Source of the DNA: a virus
Taxonomy: Duplodnaviria; Heunggongvirae; Uroviricota; Caudoviricetes
IMG/VR virus record: IMGVR_UViG_2740892271_000002
DNA: 5,153 nt
Strand: one strand, 5' to 3'
The position numbers and the translations under genes are program-made. Below the pieces are notes generated by a model. That model searched no databases, had not been told where the DNA came from, and was given only the letters and a program-made list of their open reading frames with translations. Shown here one piece after another: positions 1 to 5,153 of this stretch (position 1 is the stretch's first letter; every line of letters begins with the position of its first letter).

Positions 1-9
1 GCATAAAAA

Positions 10-39
10 AATCCGGAAACAAGTGAGCGTTTCCGGATT
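10..39 (-). terminator. Candidate intrinsic terminator hairpin downstream of the portal gene
   Basis: Perfect inverted repeat: plus 11-20 atccggaaac pairs with 29-38 gtttccggat (extendable by one A-T pair at 10/39), 8-nt loop. On the minus strand the stem is followed directly by a T-run (complement of the A-run at plus 5-10). Lies 33 nt past the portal stop codon (72-74). Confidence 0.35.
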
Positions 40-71
40 CTTACACAGCCACTGGATCGGTCAACTGATCC

Positions 72-1319
72 TTAACTGATCGGCATTACACCACCGGGAC
101 GCGGATTCATATCTTCCAGGTCGCGGCAGTCATTGGAAGAGTAAATTCCCCAGTTGATCCCGGTGGCGTAGGCTTCAAAACGGGACTTCATATCCCCGCG
201 CAGTAACGCCCCGGCGTTAAATTTGGCGTAATAAACGCCCTGCTTACTTTTTCGTACCAGTCCGGTGTTGATCCGCTGTTCGATGCGGGTCAGATACGGC
301 ACCAGTGAATAGTTGATAAATCCCAGCCCCAGCTCTTCGATATTGTTGAAGGTGGCGCGATCGGTGTTCTGCACCATGTGCAACGGCACCCGGAACAGAC
401 GACAGATTTCTTCCAGCTGAAACTTGCGGGTTTCCAGGAACTGACTGTCCTCGGCGTTCAGCGCCATCGACTTCCAGTCCAGCCCCATTTCCAGAATCAT
501 CGGGCGGTGAGCATTGCCAAGCCCCGTGTGACACTCCTCAAAATCTTTCTTCAGACGCTCGTAAGCATCCGGCGTGAGCTTTTGTTCCGTACGCAACACA
601 CCGGATGTCACCGCACCATTACTAAACAACCTGGCACCGTGCTCCTCGGTTGCCGCTGCCAGTGAAATGGCCTCACGCGCATACGCAATGGGATTCAGCC
701 CGACAAGTCCATCCAGCGTCAGGGTGCGCACATGCCAGATTTCATTCTGGGTCAACACATCCACGGAACCATCCGGAAACGTCACCTGATAAACCGGCTG
801 CCACTGGCTGTTCAGCTTCGGTTCCACACAGCCCGGATCTATCGGAAGAAGCTCCACCACTTCTCCCAGTGCCTTTACCTTGTAGGCGTAAAAATTCCCC
901 CGTAGACACAGGCAGACAATAACCAGCTCCCAGAATTCCTGCGGTGTCATGTAGCCATTAGGTTTTGCCGAAACCAACTTATGCAGTCGTTCATCCACCG
1001 CCCGTGTTTTCAGGGTACCGCTGATTTTGTAGAGACTGCAGGGCAGCATACCAACAGACTCTGCCAGCACCCTGACGCAAGAATAGACCGCCGTCAGGCG
1101 CATGGCCCGCTGGCTACTGATCCGCTTTCCGGTATAGGTGTCGTATGACAGCCCGATAGCATCAGCAGTTCTGCTGGCGTGGTCACCGGCACATCGCTTT
1201 TTCGTTGAAATAATCCCGAAAAGAACACTATTTACCTCCGCCGACAGACTGCCGTGTACGGTCGAGATATCGCGCCACCAGCCACGACCAGAACAGGCAC
1301 AGCGCCCCGGCAACAACAA
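72..1319 (-). CDS. Phage portal protein, HK97 family
   Basis: 415-aa ORF directly downstream of terminase large subunit. Sequence has the character of HK97-family portals (e.g. [19 protein letters not shown] near the N-terminus). The 5' end is uncertain: the most upstream start is a TTG triplet (1319/1316/1313) with no Shine-Dalgarno, and the first in-frame ATG is at 1103. Confidence 0.85.
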   Translation of the reverse strand: MLLPGRCACSGRGWWRDISTVHGSLSAEVNSVLFGIISTKKRCAGDHASRTADAIGLSYDTYTGKRISSQRAMRLTAVYSCVRVLAESVGMLPCSLYKISGTLKTRAVDERLHKLVSAKPNGYMTPQEFWELVIVCLCLRGNFYAYKVKALGEVVELLPIDPGCVEPKLNSQWQPVYQVTFPDGSVDVLTQNEIWHVRTLTLDGLVGLNPIAYAREAISLAAATEEHGARLFSNGAVTSGVLRTEQKLTPDAYERLKKDFEECHTGLGNAHRPMILEMGLDWKSMALNAEDSQFLETRKFQLEEICRLFRVPLHMVQNTDRATFNNIEELGLGFINYSLVPYLTRIEQRINTGLVRKSKQGVYYAKFNAGALLRGDMKSRFEAYATGINWGIYSSNDCRDLEDMNPRPGGVMPIS

Positions 1320-1410
1320 AACCCGCCGGGGGATAAATCAGCCAGGCACCATACGCCAGCAAAAGCGCACCCAGCACGCCCACCAGAGGCGCGAGAATCA
1401 GCATGATCAT
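1228..1410 (-). CDS. Hypothetical small membrane protein (60 aa, two predicted transmembrane helices)
   Basis: ATG at 1410 preceded by GAGGT with 5-nt spacer, 11 nt after the terminase large subunit stop. Codon usage is CTG/GCG/GGC-rich, typical of enterobacterial coding sequence. Two hydrophobic segments separated by YPPAG, with a basic C-terminus. Overlaps the 5' end of the portal ORF in another frame. Confidence 0.5.
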   Translation of the reverse strand: MIMLILAPLVGVLGALLLAYGAWLIYPPAGFVVAGALCLFWSWLVARYLDRTRQSVGGGK

Positions 1411-1421
1411 AATTACCTCAG

Positions 1422-3155
1422 TTAAAGCGAGCGGATCCCGTAGGACTCAATGTGGTCAGACAGCGTGTCTTCTTTCTCGTACAGCATGGCTCTGCCAACC
1501 GCCATAATCAGCGCAACTGCACCATCGATTTTGTTTTCCGCCTGCTCTTTGACGGGTTTCACCACATCATCGTTACCCGGCATGTTTTTGCCGACCACGT
1601 TGCCGATACACCAGGTCATGATGGGATTGCCGTCATGATGAAAACGTCCCGATTCAATCGCTGCTTCCAGCTCTTTCATCGGATCGGACATATTGGTGAA
1701 GTTCTGGACGATAGTGACGGGATTCAGGTCTTCATCAGCAAGGTCATGTGACAACCCGGTCGCCCCGAAGGGGTCGATGGGTGACTCACTGACCGGGCTG
1801 ATTTTGTTCGCCGCTTTGGCCTCCTCGAGGATGTAGCGATAATCCACCTCCGCACCATCGGTAACGGTCAGAACGCCCATTTCCACCCATTTCTGAAAGC
1901 GTTCGGCTGTCCGTCGATCTTCATTTTTCTCGACGCTGTACACCGTGTCATACGGTACCCAGAAACGCGGGGCCACACTGTAGTAATGCGTTTTACCGTC
2001 AATCTCGCGGGTATAAAGTCGCGCCATGCTGTTCATATCCAGCTTACGCGCCAGGTCAAAGGCCAGAATGCACGGCTGCCCCTCGAACTGCTCAAGGGTC
2101 AGTGATTTATCCTCGCAGCTCTGCCAGCTCACCAAGTTGAAATACGCCGAACGCGCCGACACCCAGATATTGAGGTGTTTTGTTTTAAAGACGTTTGCCA
2201 GACGGGCGTTATTTTTCGCACGCTGCTGCTGACTTAACAAAAATTCGCGATAAACCGACACGCCAATATTTGGATTGGCTTTTTCCAGCACCTGCGGGCC
2301 GGTCCAGTCGTCACCTTCATCAACGGTATAGATGATCCCGAACAGTTCATCGTTAGGCACCGAGCCGTTGAGCATCTCGATGACTTCCCGCCGCTTGTCG
2401 TAGCACGGCCCCTCAATGTTGTACCCGGCGGTGGTGATGGCCCACATCAGTGGCTGACGTCGCGCCCCCATCCCGGTAAGCATTGTGGTATAAAGCGCAT
2501 CGGTGGCATGCTCGTGATATTCATCAACCACGGCACAGTGGGGTGATGAACCATCACCTGGGTTGCCGATCAGCGGTTCAAACCGCGCGCCATCCTCCGG
2601 ACGGTTCATGTTTGAGGCGTTAACCTCAATCCCGAACGCTTCCGTCAGCATGGGTGTGCGTTTACACATCAGTCGCGCCGGGCGAAAGACTTCCCACGCC
2701 TGTTTCTCTGTCGTGGCACCGGAATACACTTCCGCGCCAAACTCGTTATCACAGGCAAAACAATACAGGGCAACACCGGCAGAGATTGCTGATTTGCCGT
2801 TCTTACGGGGGATTTCGGTGTACACCTCCCGGAAGCGGCGCAACCGGGTGCCTTTATTGACCCAGCCAAACGCACAGCAGATCACAAATAGCTGCCACGG
2901 CTCCAGCGTGATGGGCATCCGTTTGAATGCCCACTCCCCCTTGGTGTGCGGCAACAGCTGAATAAATTTCGCGGCCCGTTCAGCCAGGTCCTTGTCGAAG
3001 CGGTAACGAAACGACTTACTTTTTTCCGCCATCAGGTCATCAAGATGGCGCTGGCAGGCCTGAATCACAAACTGGCAGGCAACAATCTTTCCGCGCACGA
3101 CATCCCGGGCATACTGATTTGCAGCATTTACGTTGGGGTAAGATTTCCGGCTCAT
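1422..3155 (-). CDS. Phage terminase large subunit
   Basis: 577-aa ORF. N-terminal region ([23 protein letters not shown]) and a P-loop-like motif (PRKNGKS) are typical of HK97-type large terminases. Its ATG (3155-3153) overlaps the TerS stop as ATGA, indicating translational coupling. Confidence 0.92.
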   Translation of the reverse strand: MSRKSYPNVNAANQYARDVVRGKIVACQFVIQACQRHLDDLMAEKSKSFRYRFDKDLAERAAKFIQLLPHTKGEWAFKRMPITLEPWQLFVICCAFGWVNKGTRLRRFREVYTEIPRKNGKSAISAGVALYCFACDNEFGAEVYSGATTEKQAWEVFRPARLMCKRTPMLTEAFGIEVNASNMNRPEDGARFEPLIGNPGDGSSPHCAVVDEYHEHATDALYTTMLTGMGARRQPLMWAITTAGYNIEGPCYDKRREVIEMLNGSVPNDELFGIIYTVDEGDDWTGPQVLEKANPNIGVSVYREFLLSQQQRAKNNARLANVFKTKHLNIWVSARSAYFNLVSWQSCEDKSLTLEQFEGQPCILAFDLARKLDMNSMARLYTREIDGKTHYYSVAPRFWVPYDTVYSVEKNEDRRTAERFQKWVEMGVLTVTDGAEVDYRYILEEAKAANKISPVSESPIDPFGATGLSHDLADEDLNPVTIVQNFTNMSDPMKELEAAIESGRFHHDGNPIMTWCIGNVVGKNMPGNDDVVKPVKEQAENKIDGAVALIMAVGRAMLYEKEDTLSDHIESYGIRSL

Positions 3156-3646
3156 GATTCGATAATTTTCAGAAACGGGTTAGTGGCTTTCTTCTGCCCC
3201 GCCAGGCCAATCAGACGCTGGCGGCTGCTGGGGTCGAGTCCGAGCATTGCCCCCGTGCTGCTCATCTCGGACTCCTGTTCTTTTTTGGCGGTCAGCTCCG
3301 GATTTTTGACCCTGCCGCCCATTGCACCGGTGATGGTGTTGCCCTGTATGGCAATATTTTTCACGGCACGTCGCCAGAACTCATAGGCCACGCACCACCG
3401 CTCAAGTACCGCCAGGTCAGTCACGCACAGCAGGCCCTGACCGCAGAGTTCTTTGGTTGTCAGTTGCCACATGATCGTGGCGAGAGGGAGATCTTCTTCA
3501 GCGAACCACTCTGGTGGCTCAACACCTTTGATGGGCGTAAAAACAGGTTCATCTTTGTTCAGGGCTCGCTTGCCGGGGTTTCCGGCCAGCGCCTTGCGCG
3601 CCGTTGGCTTGGGGCGACGCCCGGAACGCCCCGCCGTTCCAGCCAT
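3152..3646 (-). CDS. Phage terminase small subunit, P27 family
   Basis: N-terminus [34 protein letters not shown] matches the conserved P27-family TerS signature. ATG at 3646 is preceded by AGGAG with an 8-nt spacer. The track's upstream start at 3655 is a GTG overlapping that AGGAG, so 3646 is preferred. Confidence 0.9.
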   Translation of the reverse strand: MAGTAGRSGRRPKPTARKALAGNPGKRALNKDEPVFTPIKGVEPPEWFAEEDLPLATIMWQLTTKELCGQGLLCVTDLAVLERWCVAYEFWRRAVKNIAIQGNTITGAMGGRVKNPELTAKKEQESEMSSTGAMLGLDPSSRQRLIGLAGQKKATNPFLKIIES

Positions 3647-3767
3647 ATGCGGCACTCCTGGTTAAATTTCATTTTTCGCGGGTATAAAAAAACGATGGGG
3701 CGGGCAGTCCGGAAGACGTCAGGTCACAGGGATTTGCCCCGCCCCTCCCTACAAGTGAGAATAATTA
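3647..3767. other. Structured GC-rich intergenic region between HNH and TerS; candidate cos/packaging site (alternatively a terminator-like element)
   Basis: Imperfect inverted repeat ggggcgggca (3697-3706) / tgccccgcccc (3735-3745) flanking a 28-nt spacer that contains the palindromes tccgga and gacgtc. A 7-nt A-run lies at 3685-3691. In HK97-like phages the cos site sits between the HNH gene and the TerS gene. Confidence 0.3.
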
Positions 3768-4118
3768 TCACCGGATTCGTTCGCGCGCTGTTTTCGCTTT
3801 ATGGCAGGGCCAGCACAGACTCTGCAGGTTGCTGTCTGCGTCTGTTCCGCCATGCGCTTTCGGGATGATGTGGTCGACGGTTTTCGCCTCGCTCACCACA
3901 CCGACACGCAGACACAACTGACACAGACCTTTATCGCGCTTCAGAATACGGGCACGAATCACCGTCCATTTTGAGCCATAGCCACGCTGGTGGCGGCTCA
4001 GTCCGCGCTGGTGCTGCACCCAGCCTTCACCGCGATGTTTATCGCAGTAACCCGAACTGTCTGTGGTTGTACCTGCACATCCACGCTTACGGCAGGCACG
4101 TGGGATTAGTGATGGCAT
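3768..4118 (-). CDS. HNH endonuclease (packaging-associated)
   Basis: 116-aa ORF with CQLC ... DHIIP ... SNLQSLCWPCH motifs (HNH/zinc-finger core) plus an N-terminal Cys cluster (CRKRGC...GYCDKH). ATG at 4118 preceded by GAGGT. Position immediately upstream of TerS/TerL is the conserved HNH-terminase arrangement. Confidence 0.9.
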   Translation of the reverse strand: MPSLIPRACRKRGCAGTTTDSSGYCDKHRGEGWVQHQRGLSRHQRGYGSKWTVIRARILKRDKGLCQLCLRVGVVSEAKTVDHIIPKAHGGTDADSNLQSLCWPCHKAKTARERIR

Positions 4119-4160
4119 AAATACCTCATACCCTGCGAAATGTTTACCACGATAAAAAGG

Positions 4161-4417
4161 CTACTTAATGCACTGAGTGCGGATATACTCCTGTGCCCCT
4201 TCCAGTTGCATCTGCATCGTCATCAGCCGCTCTCTGAGGGTGAAATAATCCCGTTCAGCGGTGTCTGCCAGTCGGGGGCTGGTTGCATTATCCACGCCGG
4301 AGGCGGTGGTGGCTTCACGCACTGACTGACAGACTGCTTTGATGTGCAACCGACGACGACCAGCGGCAACATCAGCGCGCAGAGTTTCATTTTCAGCTTT
4401 CGCATCAGCTAACTCCT
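4161..4417 (-). CDS. Rz: Rz i-spanin, C-terminal part (5' end lost in the N-run)
   Basis: The 84 visible residues (ELADAKAEN...RRRLHIKAVCQSVREATTASGVDNA...ERDYFTLRERL...) closely match the C-terminal half of lambda Rz as recalled. Stop codon at 4161-4163. Confidence 0.85.
4223..4405 (-). CDS. Rz1: Rz1 o-spanin outer-membrane lipoprotein, nested within Rz in another frame
   Basis: 60 aa, MRKLKMKLCALMLPLVVVGC TSKQSVSQCVKPPPPPAWIMQPAPDWQTPLNGIISPSESG: signal peptide with lipobox (VVGC) and a proline-rich mature region, nearly identical to lambda Rz1 as recalled. ATG at 4405 preceded by AGGAG. Confidence 0.85.
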   Translation of the reverse strand: MRKLKMKLCALMLPLVVVGCTSKQSVSQCVKPPPPPAWIMQPAPDWQTPLNGIISPSESG

Positions 4418-4642
4418 NNNNNNNNNNNNNNNNNNNNNNNNNNNNNNNNNNNNNNNNNNNNNNNNNNNNNNNNNNNNNNNNNNNNNNNNNNNNNNNNNNN
4501 NNNNNNNNNNNNNNNNNNNNNNNNNNNNNNNNNNNNNNNNNNNNNNNNNNNNNNNNNNNNNNNNNNNNNNNNNNNNNNNNNNNNNNNNNNNNNNNNNNNN
4601 NNNNNNNNNNNNNNNNNNNNNNNNNNNNNNNNNNNNNNNNNN
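4418..4642. other. Run of 225 N (assembly gap or masked sequence)
   Basis: Directly visible in the sequence. Interrupts the endolysin and Rz coding regions. Confidence 0.99.
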
Positions 4643-4928
4643 CCGGTATATCGACTTTGATGTACGGGTTAATTTGTCTGGCGACAGTGGCAAGGTCTTT
4701 ATTCAGGAGGGCTTTGCATTCTGCTTCGGTATACGTTTTACCGAGCATGATGTCTTTTCCGGTGTGTCCGTGACATACAGTCCATACACCAATGATATCT
4801 TTGTATGGTATGTAGCTGACACCTTCCAGACCATCGTTACCACCTGGGCCAGTGATTAACACAGATGCTATAGCAACAGCCCCACCACCAATAGCAGCTG
4901 CAACAGCCTTGCGTAATGATGGCGACAT
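4643..4928 (-). CDS. R: SAR endolysin (T4-lysozyme-like muramidase), N-terminal part (3' end lost in the N-run)
   Basis: N-terminus [57 protein letters not shown] has a Gly/Ala-rich signal-anchor-release domain followed by the E...D...T catalytic arrangement of phage 21 R-type lysozymes. Its ATG overlaps the holin stop as TAATG and is preceded by GAGG. Confidence 0.9.
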
Positions 4929-5143
4929 TATTCACCTCTCGCAGCCTTACGCTTGTCTTCTCTTATTTTGAAATACAGATTTGTCAGATAAGTCAGAAGC
5001 CCCAGAAGCAGACTTCCCAGCACACCAATCGCAGCCCACTGTGATGGACTGACCTGATCCAACCACTGCAAAAACCAGTAGCCGGCACTGCCGGCGGAGG
5101 TGCCGTAGGCAATGCCTGTTGATATTTTTTCCATCTGATACAT
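4928..5143 (-). CDS. S: Class II holin (pinholin, phage 21 S-like) with dual-start motif
   Basis: 71 aa, [71 protein letters not shown]: two transmembrane segments, the first Gly/Ala-rich (SAR-like), with a basic C-terminus. Two in-frame ATGs at codons 1 and 4 (5143 and 5134). Confidence 0.9.
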   Translation of the reverse strand: MYQMEKISTGIAYGTSAGSAGYWFLQWLDQVSPSQWAAIGVLGSLLLGLLTYLTNLYFKIREDKRKAARGE

Positions 5144-5153
5144 ATCCCGCCCC

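Noticed and set aside
378-1425. Plus-strand ORFs 378..665, 574..789, 650..922 and 1138..1425
   Set aside because: They lie antisense to the portal and small-ORF coding regions, have low-complexity Pro/Arg/His-rich composition and no ribosome-binding sites. Typical shadow ORFs of a GC-rich opposite-strand gene.
244-2875. Minus-strand internal ORFs 244..534, 2234..2416 and 2669..2875
   Set aside because: Out-of-frame ORFs wholly inside the portal or TerL coding sequences, with no independent start signals. The in-frame long genes explain the region.
1450-3386. Plus-strand ORFs 1450..1638, 1452..1751, 2026..2232, 2563..2961, 2654..2860 and 2946..3386
   Set aside because: All are antisense to the terminase large and small subunit genes, with no recognisable motifs or translation signals. 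Shadow ORFs.
3653-3655. GTG start for TerS at 3655
   Set aside because: This GTG overlaps the AGGAG Shine-Dalgarno that is correctly spaced for the ATG at 3646, so the ATG is the more plausible start.
3453-3868. Plus-strand ORFs 3453..3665 and 3464..3868
   Set aside because: They overlap TerS, the structured intergenic region and HNH on the opposite strand. Arg-rich, low-complexity, no ribosome-binding site.
4140-4859. ORFs 4140..4325 (+), 4339..4773 (+), 4409..4693 (-) and 4674..4859 (+)
   Set aside because: Either antisense to Rz/Rz1 and the endolysin, or they run through the N-run and are mostly X. No support as genes.
4161-4928. Single 255-aa ORF spanning the N-run
   Set aside because: The N-terminal 95 aa are SAR endolysin and the C-terminal 84 aa are Rz. 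The apparent continuity exists only because the N-run is a multiple of 3 long. It is a chimeric artefact, not one protein.
1-5153. CRISPR array, tRNA/rRNA, transposase, integrase, toxin-antitoxin or other defence system
   Set aside because: No regularly spaced direct repeats, no tRNA-like structure and no ORF with such signatures. The window is fully accounted for by phage lysis and packaging genes except for the N-run.

Overview
The window is the late (lysis plus DNA-packaging) region of a lambdoid prophage with HK97-type packaging genes, all encoded on the minus strand. Reading in the direction of transcription (high to low coordinates): pinholin with a dual-start motif (4928..5143), SAR endolysin N-terminal part (4643..4928), a 225-nt run of N (4418..4642), the C-terminal part of Rz i-spanin (4161..4417) with the complete Rz1 o-spanin lipoprotein nested in another frame (4223..4405), an HNH endonuclease (3768..4118), a structured GC-rich intergenic region that is a candidate cos/packaging site (3647..3767), terminase small subunit (3152..3646), terminase large subunit (1422..3155), a small two-helix membrane ORF (1228..1410), the portal protein (72..1319), and a terminator-like hairpin (10..39). 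Family assignments are from recalled sequence signatures, not from a search. I see no RNA genes, CRISPR array, transposase/integrase or recognisable defence system. All plus-strand ORFs in the track look like antisense shadows. The N-run hides the endolysin C-terminus and Rz N-terminus, so the single 255-aa ORF spanning it is a chimeric artefact. The most open questions are the small membrane ORF and ambiguous portal start, the nature of the HNH/TerS intergenic structure, and what the N-run hides.
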